DNA of 64,000 nt from Sedimentisphaerales bacterium (GTDB taxonomy: Bacteria > Planctomycetota > Phycisphaerae > Sedimentisphaerales > SM23-30). The notes beneath the pieces are model-generated. The model was not told where the DNA came from. It was given only the letters and a program-made list of their open reading frames with translations, and did not search any database. The stretch is from the NCBI GenBank assembly GCA_963663805.2, contig CAXXMR010000003.1, forward strand, positions 32,001 to 96,000, in the 5' to 3' direction. A program made the position numbers and the translations under genes. How positions within the stretch are numbered: position 1 is the stretch's first letter; every line of letters starts with the position of its first letter. Positions 20,093-29,537 of this stretch are shown here, one piece after another.

Positions 20093-22510
20093 ATGATAAA
20101 GTACTTTAGCAAAATATTGGTTTTGGCGGTGGCGGTCCTGACAGGGGGGCTGCGGGCTGGTGAATTTATTGAGAACGAAAATTTTACCGGAGAAAAAACC
20201 ACCATCAAATACGCTCTCTGGGGTGGGGCCGAAACGGTTAAGGAGACTGCCGAATATTGTCGCCTGTTTGTGGCGAAGAACCCTGATATTCGGCTGGACA
20301 TGGTGGTGATTCCGTGGGGGCAGTACTGGGCGAAATTGCAGAGTCAGGCGGCATCGGGGCTGGCTCCGGATGTTATTTCACTTTATTCGGGTAATATGGG
20401 TATCTGGATTAAGCGGGGGGCGCTGCTTGGTTTGGATGATTATGTTAAGAGTGCGGGAGTTAATCTTGATGACTATCATCGGGTGGCGGTAGAGCTTTGC
20501 GTTTGGGATGATACGCTTTTTTGTATGCCGACGGGTATTACGGTACGGACGGTGGTTTATTCGACAGACCGTTTGGAGGAGAGCGGGCTGGAGCGTAGGG
20601 ATTGGCCTAAAGCTAATGAGCCGATGAGCTGGGAAGATTTCAAGGCGTTGGCTGGTCGTTTGACTTTGCGTAACCCGGACGGTACGTTTGCCCAGTACGG
20701 CATGGCCGCGGGACACAACTGGGACCAGCGTATGATTCGCATGTTCGGCGGTAAAATCGTGGACAGGCAGGTTGATCCGAAGGTTTGTGTGGTAAAAGAT
20801 AATGAGCAGCTTATTAAAGGGTTGATCGAAGTTTATCAGGCCCAGTATGGCGACCGCTGCATGATGGGTTTTATTCCTTTGAGCAGTGGGGGGGTGCGGA
20901 ATCTGGACGCGGTAATTGCTGCACCGGAATACGCGATGGGTCTTACGGGTCCGTGGTCGGTGAAAACTTTGCAGGAATCGGGAGTGCGGTTTGGTCTTAT
21001 GCCGATACCGCGCGGGCCGGTTCCGTCGCAATTGATTTACGGAAACGCTTTGGGAATTTCTCGTGATTCGGAGTCGCCGGAAGCTGCCTGGCGGTTTATT
21101 GAGTTTATGGCTTCGCCGGAAATACAGGAGATTATCGGGCGGAATGTCAGGGGTGTCCCTTCGCTGAAAAGTGCCCAGGAGGCCCTTATACACAATGATT
21201 TGGGCATCGAAGGCTGTGAGGCTTTTGTCTATGATTTGCCGATTGCCGAGGCGGATTTGTGCGTGGCGGAAACTTATGTGCTGGAGATGCGTGAGAAATG
21301 GCTGGCGAGTTTGGAGCGATTGTTCGACCATGAATACGACAAGCGTTTGCGGGCTTTGCCGCGAGGTGAATATGGTGCAATTTCCCCGGCGGATTATGAT
21401 AATTTTGTGGCGGGGATGAATACATTTATTGAGAAGACGGTGCGGCAGCAGGTGGTTGAGCTTGACAGTAAAATGACGCTGGCGTTGGTGCGCGGGTCGA
21501 GGCCTACGCCGAGTTTTGGTGAGAAGGTTGTTGGGCCGGTCATCATGACGGCTGTTTTAGCGGCGGCGGGAGTGTGGTATATAATCTGGTTCCGGCGGCG
21601 GTCGGACAAGCCGGTTGTCGCGGCGTTGAAGGTTGATAACCGGGCGGGGTATTTGTGTATTCTGCCGTGGCTAATAGGGTTCTTTGTATTTTCGCTGGTG
21701 CCGATAATATCAAGTGTCATTTTGAGTTTTACCGAGTGGAATATGATTCGTCCGCCGGAATGGGTTGGTTTGCGAAATTATCTGCATCTGCATGAGGATG
21801 AATATTTTTTCATGGGTCTGATTAAGACTTGCAGTTACGCGGCGTGGGTTATTCCGATTTCATTTTTTGGCGGCTTGATTACGGCGGGTTTGCTGACCTG
21901 CAAGACTCGCGGCGGTGGATTTTTTAAGAGCGTATTTTATTTTCCGTCGCTGTTTACCGGTGCGGCCATCGCGGTGCTGTGGGTAAATATGTTCAATAAG
22001 GAGTATGGTGTAATAAATGAAATGCTGGGCTTTTTCAATATCGCGCCGATAAATTGGCTGGACGAAGCTCATGCTTTTACGACGGTGATTCTGATGAACT
22101 GTTTCTGGGTCGGTGGGGCGATGATAATTTATTACGCGGGCATGAAGCAGATTCCCGCGTCTTTGTATGAAGCAGCCGAGATCGATGGGGCTGGGCCGAT
22201 TCGCAAGTTTCTTTATATTACAATTCCGATGCTTTCGCCAGTAATTATGTTTATGGTGATTATGACCACTATCGGGGCGTTTCAGGTGTTTACGCCGGCG
22301 TTGTTTTTCGCTTCGGACTCCTCGCAGATAGGCGGGCCGGGCGATGCTCTAAGGCTTTATTCGGTAAATATTTACAATGAAGCGTTTAATAATTTGCGGA
22401 TGGGTAACGCCTGTTCTTACGCGATAATTTTGTTCATCATTATTTTTCTTATTACGATGGTGCAGTTGAAGCTGGCGGGGCGTTTTGTTCATTCTCAGGG
22501 GGATAAATAA
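20093..22510 (+). CDS. Carbohydrate ABC transporter: solute-binding protein fused to MalF-like permease
   Basis: N-terminal family-1 SBP (APDVI, AAWRFIEFM); C-terminal permease with EAA loop LYEAAEIDGA. Confidence 0.9.
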   Translation: MIKYFSKILVLAVAVLTGGLRAGEFIENENFTGEKTTIKYALWGGAETVKETAEYCRLFVAKNPDIRLDMVVIPWGQYWAKLQSQAASGLAPDVISLYSGNMGIWIKRGALLGLDDYVKSAGVNLDDYHRVAVELCVWDDTLFCMPTGITVRTVVYSTDRLEESGLERRDWPKANEPMSWEDFKALAGRLTLRNPDGTFAQYGMAAGHNWDQRMIRMFGGKIVDRQVDPKVCVVKDNEQLIKGLIEVYQAQYGDRCMMGFIPLSSGGVRNLDAVIAAPEYAMGLTGPWSVKTLQESGVRFGLMPIPRGPVPSQLIYGNALGISRDSESPEAAWRFIEFMASPEIQEIIGRNVRGVPSLKSAQEALIHNDLGIEGCEAFVYDLPIAEADLCVAETYVLEMREKWLASLERLFDHEYDKRLRALPRGEYGAISPADYDNFVAGMNTFIEKTVRQQVVELDSKMTLALVRGSRPTPSFGEKVVGPVIMTAVLAAAGVWYIIWFRRRSDKPVVAALKVDNRAGYLCILPWLIGFFVFSLVPIISSVILSFTEWNMIRPPEWVGLRNYLHLHEDEYFFMGLIKTCSYAAWVIPISFFGGLITAGLLTCKTRGGGFFKSVFYFPSLFTGAAIAVLWVNMFNKEYGVINEMLGFFNIAPINWLDEAHAFTTVILMNCFWVGGAMIIYYAGMKQIPASLYEAAEIDGAGPIRKFLYITIPMLSPVIMFMVIMTTIGAFQVFTPALFFASDSSQIGGPGDALRLYSVNIYNEAFNNLRMGNACSYAIILFIIIFLITMVQLKLAGRFVHSQGDK
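20097..20108. promoter_or_regulatory. Palindromic operator TAAAGTACTTTA (candidate LacI site)
   Basis: Perfect 12-bp palindrome over the first codons of the ABC gene; recurs three times upstream of the LacI gene. Confidence 0.6.
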
Positions 22511-23760
22511 TGAGTACGATGCGTAAGGTTCTGATTTACTCCTTATTATTTGGTTTGGCGGCGTTTTTCATATTTCCGTTTTACTGGCTGGTGAGCTGCT
22601 CGTTGAAGTCGCGGGAGTGCATGTCGATGACTCCGCCAGCGTATTATCCTTGTGAGGTCCGCACGGTCCAGGTCGAGATGCCTGCCCAGGGACGGGTATA
22701 TCATTCCGGGGGCGCCAAGTGGCTGCTGGTATGCCGTTCTGGGAATCTGGTTCATGATGTTGCCGGGGCGGGTGGTTACTATGTACGTCTCGAAAATAAT
22801 CAGCCGACGGCCTTATCTGCCTGGCTGAGCGATAATGAAGTCAAAGCAGTTGACGCTGATACGGATAATATTGTTTTTCCTCAGTGCGCAATACATAAAT
22901 TGGATGATGGTTCGCGAGTAGCGATTGTTGCCAAGCTGATTCGGCGTGAGGAGACTGGTTTTGACGAGATACTGCTTACTGCCGATGCCGGTGGGGGAGT
23001 GCTTCAGGATGTTTCGGCTATGCTGAACGTTGGCCATAGGGAGATTCGTGATTTTAAGCCGGAATGGGGCAATTATCCGGAAACGCTGAAAGGCCCGGAC
23101 GCCGCCATTGGCAAGGAGTCTACGGGTTTTCTGGTTTTTATGAAGAATAGTTTTTTTATCAGTATTATGGCGGTGCTTGGTCAGGTATTCAGCAGCAGTC
23201 TGGTTGCCTATGGTTTCGCGAGGTTGAACTTCAAGGGTCGGGAGATGTGGTTTATTCTGCTGCTTTCGACGATGATGATTCCGGGCCAGGTAACTTTGAT
23301 TCCGCTGTTTGCTATATATAAAGGTTTGGGCTGGATAGACACATTTTTGCCTTTGATTGTGCCGCACTTTACCGCGGGTGCGTTTAATGTCTTTTTGATT
23401 CGTCAGTATATGCTGACGATACCGAAAGAGCTGGATGAGTCGGCGGTTATTGACGGATGTGGCGCTTTCCGGCGATATTTCTATATCATTCTGCCTAACT
23501 GTCTGCCGGTGTTGATTGTGGTGAGTCTGTTTACATTTGTGTATACCTGGCAGGACGTTATGGGACCGTTGATTTACTTGGACAATCCTGCTTATCGTAC
23601 GGTGACTCTGGGGCTGGAATTTTTCCGTTCGCCTTACGTCGATAACCGGCATCTGCTGATGACCGGGGCGGTATTGGCGATGCTGCCGGTATTTATCCTG
23701 TTTGTGTTCCTGCAACGGTATATAATGTCTGGGGTGGCAACTACCGGTTTGAAGGGGTGA
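22510..23760 (+). CDS. Carbohydrate ABC permease (MalG-like) with a large extra loop
   Basis: LDESAVIDGC EAA loop; YGFARLNFKGR; ~150 aa insertion after TM1. Confidence 0.9.
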   Translation: MSTMRKVLIYSLLFGLAAFFIFPFYWLVSCSLKSRECMSMTPPAYYPCEVRTVQVEMPAQGRVYHSGGAKWLLVCRSGNLVHDVAGAGGYYVRLENNQPTALSAWLSDNEVKAVDADTDNIVFPQCAIHKLDDGSRVAIVAKLIRREETGFDEILLTADAGGGVLQDVSAMLNVGHREIRDFKPEWGNYPETLKGPDAAIGKESTGFLVFMKNSFFISIMAVLGQVFSSSLVAYGFARLNFKGREMWFILLLSTMMIPGQVTLIPLFAIYKGLGWIDTFLPLIVPHFTAGAFNVFLIRQYMLTIPKELDESAVIDGCGAFRRYFYIILPNCLPVLIVVSLFTFVYTWQDVMGPLIYLDNPAYRTVTLGLEFFRSPYVDNRHLLMTGAVLAMLPVFILFVFLQRYIMSGVATTGLKG

Positions 23761-23774
23761 TACTCATTTTGTGG

Positions 23775-23998
23775 ATAAAGTCCTTTATTAAAGTCTGTGT
23801 TTTAGAAAAAGTACTTTAGCAAATAATATTTTGTGAAATAATCGTTACGCGAATACGGACGCTGGAAATTAGTTTTGTAACTTTATTAATATCAGTAAGT
23901 TATGGTTTTGATTGTTTTGTGATTTAGAGACGTGTTTATTAATAAAAGTCTTGACATGATTGTTTGTTTTGGGTATTATTTGGTGGTAAAGTACTTTT
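23775..23998 (+). promoter_or_regulatory. LacI gene promoter with three AAAGT(A/C)CTTT operators
   Basis: TTGACA 23951-23956, 17 nt, TATTAT 23974-23979; palindromes at 23775-23788, 23807-23818, 23987-23998. Confidence 0.7.
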
Positions 23999-24053
23999 TC
24001 AGAGGTAAAAAAGTAATAGCTGCTGAATTCAAGTCCTGTAAAGAGAGTCATTT

Positions 24054-25121
24054 ATGAAACAGTCAGTTCCAAGATTAAAAGATATTGCCCGGGAAGCAAA
24101 TGTGTCTTTGACTACTGCTTCGTTAATCCTGCGTAATGAAAAGGGGCGTTTTCATACCGATACTCGTGACCGGGTGATGGACGTTGCCCGCAAGCTGGGC
24201 TGGCGTCGCAATCTGCTGGTCGAGGGGATGCAGACCGGCAAGACCAAGACTGTCGGGGTGCTGGTGCCGCCTTACGATTCTTACTGGACCAATGTTTTGT
24301 TTGGGGTTCATCATGAGCTGGTGGCGGCGGATTATATGCCCATTACGTTGTGGGTGGGTGGTAATATTGAGGAGCTTTTGGCTCATACGCCGCAGCCGAC
24401 CAAAGGGGTGGACCAGATTAACCGGTTGATTGACCGTCGGGTTGAGGGTTTTGTGCTTTGGCCTGATATTGCCGACGCTTTCAGCGATATTTTCAAAGAG
24501 CTGGCGGCGCGTAAGGTTCCCGTGGTGGTTATTGACAGTGAACTAACAGAGCAGAAGATTGCCGACTCGGTTCAGACCGATGAGGAAACTGGCAGTCAGC
24601 AGGTAGCTAGTCATCTTGTTTCTCTGGGGCATCGCAATATCGGCTGTCTGATTGAAACTGAGCTGGCTTCGAAGCGTTGGCAGATTGCCCGGCAGAGATA
24701 TTTCGAATTTTCGCTACGCGATTGTCCCGACGTGAGATATCGCAGCTGGTCTCTGGACGCTGCGGACCGGAACGGTATGCGGGTGGCGCGTGAGATTCTT
24801 GCCCTGCCTGACCGTCCCACAGCGATATTCTGCGATACTGACCATTTGGCCCAGGATTTGTATCGGGCGGCGGATGAAAAAGGCATTCGAATTCCTGAAG
24901 ATATTTCAGTGGTGGGTTTTTCAGACCTGGACTTTTCGGCAACGATGCAGCCGCCTTTGACAACGGTGCGTCAGAAGCCGCTGGAATTAGGCCGTCACGC
25001 TGCCCGGCTGATGCTGGATAGAATCAACGGCAAGTTAAGAGATACGGAACCTCACACGGTAAAGGTTGGATGTGAACTGGTCGTACGCCAGTCAACCGCT
25101 GAGGTTTCTCGAAAGGTTTAG
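24054..25121 (+). CDS. LacI-family transcriptional regulator
   Basis: LKDIAREANVSLTTAS HTH; GIRIPEDISVVGFSD; PPLTTVRQ. Confidence 0.95.
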   Translation: MKQSVPRLKDIAREANVSLTTASLILRNEKGRFHTDTRDRVMDVARKLGWRRNLLVEGMQTGKTKTVGVLVPPYDSYWTNVLFGVHHELVAADYMPITLWVGGNIEELLAHTPQPTKGVDQINRLIDRRVEGFVLWPDIADAFSDIFKELAARKVPVVVIDSELTEQKIADSVQTDEETGSQQVASHLVSLGHRNIGCLIETELASKRWQIARQRYFEFSLRDCPDVRYRSWSLDAADRNGMRVAREILALPDRPTAIFCDTDHLAQDLYRAADEKGIRIPEDISVVGFSDLDFSATMQPPLTTVRQKPLELGRHAARLMLDRINGKLRDTEPHTVKVGCELVVRQSTAEVSRKV

Positions 25122-25161
25122 TAATGTTTGTAACACTTAAACTGGCCAAGGAGGCAAAAAG

Positions 25162-26511
25162 ATGAAAAGCCAAAGTATTGTAACATTGATTCTGGTGGTG
25201 TTGACGCTGGGTTGCGGTCAACTATGGGCGCAGGGGGTGGACGATTTTGAATCTTACGCCAATACCGCGGCGATGCAGGCGGCCTGGATTGTGAGGGAAG
25301 GATGCGAACCAGCTCTGAGTTATTCGCTGAATACCTCAATCTCTCATGGCGGCACAAAATCTGTGCAGTACAATTATGAGTGCGACACAGCCCCTTATTA
25401 CAGTGAAATTCTCAAAGTCCTATCAACCCCGCAAGACTGGTCGGATTACAACGCGCTTAATTTCTGGCTCAAGGGTGAAGTCGGGGCGACCAACAGTTCT
25501 GAAGAACTGGTCATATCCTTATATAGTCTGGTTGGCTCAACCTATAATGACCCCAATGACCTTGTGCTCATTGGACGGACGGCGATGAGGGGTGTGCTGC
25601 AGAATATTGAGTGGCAGGAGTTTCAGGCAAATATTGAAGTTGGTTACGGTGACCGCAGTGCGGTTCAGGTAATTGGCATTGGGTTTATGCCGATTTATTA
25701 TGGTGATGGCGTGGTGTGGATTGACGACCTGGAGCTAACGACGGTTGAATATGGGGTACTGGATAATTTTGAAACTTACGCCAATACCACGGAGATGACT
25801 ACGTTTGGTACCAGTGACGGCTTAGGGGGCGGCTGGAGAGCGCAGGGAACTGCGGTTCTTACACTTTCAGAAGACCCGGATGAGCATTTGGGCGGTATAA
25901 AGGCAATGAAATACGATTATAACAACGGCGGTGCTTCCGCAGGCTGGTCAAAGGCTGAAAAATATCTGGAGTGGTCCAGTAGTTTATCAGGACTGGATTT
26001 GCGTCCCTATGATTATGTGGTGGTGAACTTCAAGGTTACGGATGCTTCGGGCTATCTGATGTGCAAGATATGTAATCTTAACGGCACAGCTCACACCATC
26101 TATTATGACGAAAAGAATGTCTTGCCTGTAGGTGACTGGGTTATCTGGGAGATTCCTGTTGCCGATATCCCCACCGATATTAGCTGGGCGGTAAGGCAAA
26201 TACAACTTTTTATGATGGACACCGATGACGGTGAAGGAACCTACTGGAATTCCGGCCAGGTTTATTTTGACGATATTCATCTGAATGTCTGTGCTTTGGA
26301 TATCGCTGGTGATATTGATGGTAACTGCCGTGTGAATGTTGACGATTTGAAGGTGCTGGCGGAAAACTGGCTGGATACCGGCTGTATCGCTGAGACCTGG
26401 TGCAACAAAGCCGACATCGACCAGAGTGGTGATGTTGATTTGCTGGACTTTGCCGCTGTTGTTGTTGATTGGATGAACTGTAACCTCCTCGTACAGGCAG
26501 ATTGCCAGTAA
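25162..26511 (+). CDS. Secreted non-catalytic protein: two CBM11-like beta-sandwich modules plus dockerin-like pair
   Basis: DDFESY...QDWSDYNALNFW...WIDDLEL; second module DNFETY...YFDDIHL; GDIDGNCRVNVDDL / ADIDQSGDVDLLDF. Confidence 0.7.
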   Translation: MKSQSIVTLILVVLTLGCGQLWAQGVDDFESYANTAAMQAAWIVREGCEPALSYSLNTSISHGGTKSVQYNYECDTAPYYSEILKVLSTPQDWSDYNALNFWLKGEVGATNSSEELVISLYSLVGSTYNDPNDLVLIGRTAMRGVLQNIEWQEFQANIEVGYGDRSAVQVIGIGFMPIYYGDGVVWIDDLELTTVEYGVLDNFETYANTTEMTTFGTSDGLGGGWRAQGTAVLTLSEDPDEHLGGIKAMKYDYNNGGASAGWSKAEKYLEWSSSLSGLDLRPYDYVVVNFKVTDASGYLMCKICNLNGTAHTIYYDEKNVLPVGDWVIWEIPVADIPTDISWAVRQIQLFMMDTDDGEGTYWNSGQVYFDDIHLNVCALDIAGDIDGNCRVNVDDLKVLAENWLDTGCIAETWCNKADIDQSGDVDLLDFAAVVVDWMNCNLLVQADCQ

Positions 26512-26524
26512 GAATTTGTAGTAG

Positions 26525-28657
26525 ATGTTTAAGATGTTGTTAGCAGTATTACTGGTTTTGATGGTCGTCATGCCGGTGTTGGCGTCCGATGCGGATTATG
26601 TATTCGACATCGACATGACGACCGGGCCTGTCCTGGGTTTTGGTGCCCAGATATGGCCGGGTGATACCCATGTTAATGCTCTGCTGAACAACCTGAATTG
26701 CAAATTTGTGCGGATGGACATTACGCCCAACTGGACAAGCGTTACTGAAGAGCCTCCTACAGACGGCAATCGTGCGTCATTTGACGCGTATTGTGCACGT
26801 AATTTCACTTCGGCAAGGATAAATTATCTAGCGACTTCATGGACCATGACAAATAACCTTGATATTCAAGTTATCGCTAACCAGTTTCATGCCCCTTCGG
26901 CGTGGCTAGGTAGTAATAATGTGCTTCGGGCGGAGTATCATCAGGATTTCGCTCTGCTCTGGGGTGCCCAGGTTGCTTTGCTGGACAGCTATAACATGCG
27001 TCCGCCTTATGTTGATTTGTTTAATGAACCGGAAGGGGACTGGAACGTTTATGTTGCCCCAGCCAGTTATAATGCTGTAGTCAAACTGGTTCGTGCCGAG
27101 CTGGATGCCCGCGGTTTTTACGATGTTGGTATCGTGGGTCCGGGTCTAGCGTGGCTGGACCATAATAACGGCGGCGAGACCTGGGTAAACGCCCTCGATA
27201 ATGACGCGGTTGATTCACTGACGGCCTGGGCGACCCATGCCTGGGATGAAAGTTACGATACTGATTGCGGGCCGGAATATTTGGAAGAGCAGTGGACGGA
27301 TTTCGGCAATGCGGTAAACAATAAAGACCCGCTCAAACCGATTTTCGTCACTGAATACATGACCGGGGCCCGCACCTTTAATGGTATTACTTACGATTCG
27401 CCGGGCTCTGCTTATGGCGGGACGGCGGCGGAGTCTGACGCTTTCGCGGTGCGGGTGTTCCAGAACACTCTTACTCTGCTTAACTGTGGGGCCGGTGCCC
27501 TGGTATTATGGGAAGCAGCCGACCAGTACTGGTCGGAATCGAGCTGGGGCCTGCTGCGCAGGTCCGCCGATGGCAGCACACCCCGCCCGGCATATTTCGC
27601 TTTGTATAGTCTGCTGCCGAAGATTCCTGAGTTGGTTTTGGTATTACAGAAAACGTGGACGGATAACGATGTTGTCGCCGCCGCATTTATTAAAGACGAT
27701 GTTTTGGTGGCGGCTTTTGCCAATGGCACCGCAAACATTCAACAGCGAATCGCTCAGCTTACCGGCCTGAACAGTGCGATAGTTACGGCTGCCTGGGCTT
27801 ATGAAAACGGCAGTGTGGTCAATAAAACCGCAACTGTAAATGTTGATTCGTCACGGCAATTGAACGTGGAATTGAATCCTGAGAGTACCTTGACGGTGGT
27901 GATGACTATCGAAAGGTGTCGGGCGGATGTCGCTAGTGACCTTAACGGTGACTGTCAGGTTGATATGCAGGACTTTGCGATAGTTGCCCGTGATTATGGC
28001 CTGGACAGTTTGTCGTCGGGGACGGTTGATATTGAGGATTTTGAATCCTACGCGAACAACACCGCTCTTAACGCTTTTGGCAGTAATGACGGCTCCGGCG
28101 GCGCCTGGGGGGTCGGTTCGAGTACGGCTTCGCTTTCGTTGTCGTCGCAGTCGTACCACGACAGTCAGGCCATGCTCTACGAATACAATAACGGTGCGAG
28201 TCCCTGGTGGGCAGGTGCGATGAAGTGGCTTACCTGGCCGAGCGGAACGTACGGACAGGACTGGCGCGACTATCAGAATCTGGTAGTGAATTTTAAGTGC
28301 CTGGACCGGTCGGGCTACTTGCAGGTTACGCTGGTCAATCACGGCGGGACGAATGTCGTTACCACGAAATATAACGGCGAAACCGTTTTACCGGTGGGCG
28401 ACTGGACCGAATGGGCGATTGATTTGCATTCGCTGGGCCTGACAGACGACCAGCTTTCCCATATCGGCCGTGTCGATTTGCAGATGAAAGACGGCGACTG
28501 GAATTACGGCAGTATTTTGTTTGACGATATTTATCTGACAGATTCGTCAGGAACATCATGTCAGGCCGCTATACTCACCGGCGATGTAAATGACGACTGT
28601 TATGTGGATATGCTGGATGTACTCGACATAGCCAAGGATTGGCTCTCGAGCAACTAA
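26525..28657 (+). CDS. Secreted clan GH-A glycoside hydrolase (GH30-like) with CBM-like module and split dockerin-like motifs
   Basis: LGFGAQ, FNEPEG acid/base, FVTEY nucleophile, WGLL...PRPAYF. Confidence 0.7.
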   Translation: MFKMLLAVLLVLMVVMPVLASDADYVFDIDMTTGPVLGFGAQIWPGDTHVNALLNNLNCKFVRMDITPNWTSVTEEPPTDGNRASFDAYCARNFTSARINYLATSWTMTNNLDIQVIANQFHAPSAWLGSNNVLRAEYHQDFALLWGAQVALLDSYNMRPPYVDLFNEPEGDWNVYVAPASYNAVVKLVRAELDARGFYDVGIVGPGLAWLDHNNGGETWVNALDNDAVDSLTAWATHAWDESYDTDCGPEYLEEQWTDFGNAVNNKDPLKPIFVTEYMTGARTFNGITYDSPGSAYGGTAAESDAFAVRVFQNTLTLLNCGAGALVLWEAADQYWSESSWGLLRRSADGSTPRPAYFALYSLLPKIPELVLVLQKTWTDNDVVAAAFIKDDVLVAAFANGTANIQQRIAQLTGLNSAIVTAAWAYENGSVVNKTATVNVDSSRQLNVELNPESTLTVVMTIERCRADVASDLNGDCQVDMQDFAIVARDYGLDSLSSGTVDIEDFESYANNTALNAFGSNDGSGGAWGVGSSTASLSLSSQSYHDSQAMLYEYNNGASPWWAGAMKWLTWPSGTYGQDWRDYQNLVVNFKCLDRSGYLQVTLVNHGGTNVVTTKYNGETVLPVGDWTEWAIDLHSLGLTDDQLSHIGRVDLQMKDGDWNYGSILFDDIYLTDSSGTSCQAAILTGDVNDDCYVDMLDVLDIAKDWLSSN

Positions 28658-28726
28658 ACTGAATAGGATTATATTCTGATGGTCAGAATATATAGTTTTA
28701 ATCTCTCAAATGAAGGAGATGGAAAA

Positions 28727-29395
28727 ATGTTAAAGGTAAGAAGTATGTTAGCTTGTGCACTGTGTTTGGCTTTGGCTGGGACAGTATCGGCGGCTCTGAT
28801 CATTGATGATTTCGAGTCGTATGCTGATGATGCCGCTTTGCAGTCCACCTGGGTGGTTCAGTCTGGTGGCGAAGCAATTCTTGAATCGCTGGAAACGGTT
28901 AATGGCAGTACCGCTATGCTTATTGATACCACTCAATCCAGCATCTACTGGTCGCAGACCAAGCTGACCATGCCCGGGGCCGTCCACAACGACCACGGTG
29001 TAAATTTTACCTATGCCGGTTATGATACGTTAAGTCTGGATGTCAAGGTGCCCGCTTATGGTGAAAGCCCCTGGGCATATCTCGATGGCACCGGCGGCCT
29101 GGTTTATCTGTCAATGTACGATTGCTGGGGTGGTCAGGTTTTTTATGCTGTTCTTGACAATTACAACAGTCAGGTAACCGCCAGCGGCACCAACATCACC
29201 TGGGAAATCCCTTTCGCCACTGCGACCGTATCAGGGATGAATCTGGAGAACGTTGAAGTTATCGCTATTGGCTATAAGTATATGTACAAAGGTCGTGGCG
29301 GCCTGTTCGTCGATAATGTCGCCCTGGTTCCCGAACCGGCAACCATGTCGTTGCTGGCTCTGGGTGGTCTGGCCCTTATCAGGCGTCGCAAGTAA
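28727..29395 (+). CDS. PEP-CTERM surface protein with CBM11-like module
   Basis: AAGGAG RBS; IDDFESYADD...FVDNVAL; VPEPATMSLLALGGLALIRRRK. Confidence 0.9.
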   Translation: MLKVRSMLACALCLALAGTVSAALIIDDFESYADDAALQSTWVVQSGGEAILESLETVNGSTAMLIDTTQSSIYWSQTKLTMPGAVHNDHGVNFTYAGYDTLSLDVKVPAYGESPWAYLDGTGGLVYLSMYDCWGGQVFYAVLDNYNSQVTASGTNITWEIPFATATVSGMNLENVEVIAIGYKYMYKGRGGLFVDNVALVPEPATMSLLALGGLALIRRRK

Positions 29396-29430
29396 TTTTG
29401 GTATTTGAATGATTTACAAAGTCTGGCTGG

Positions 29431-29459
29431 TCGCTCCGGGTTATGTAAGCCCGGAGCGA
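29431..29459 (+). terminator. GC-rich stem-loop between PEP-CTERM and prepilin genes (no U-tract; mRNA stabiliser or attenuator)
   Basis: tcgctccggg/cccggagcga 10-bp stem. Confidence 0.5.
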
Positions 29460-29537
29460 ATCCGGCCAAGACAAAAAGACAGCCAAAAAGGTTTTTGGCG
29501 GAATAACATAAGCTCTCTTTCAAAAGCGAGGTCAGTC

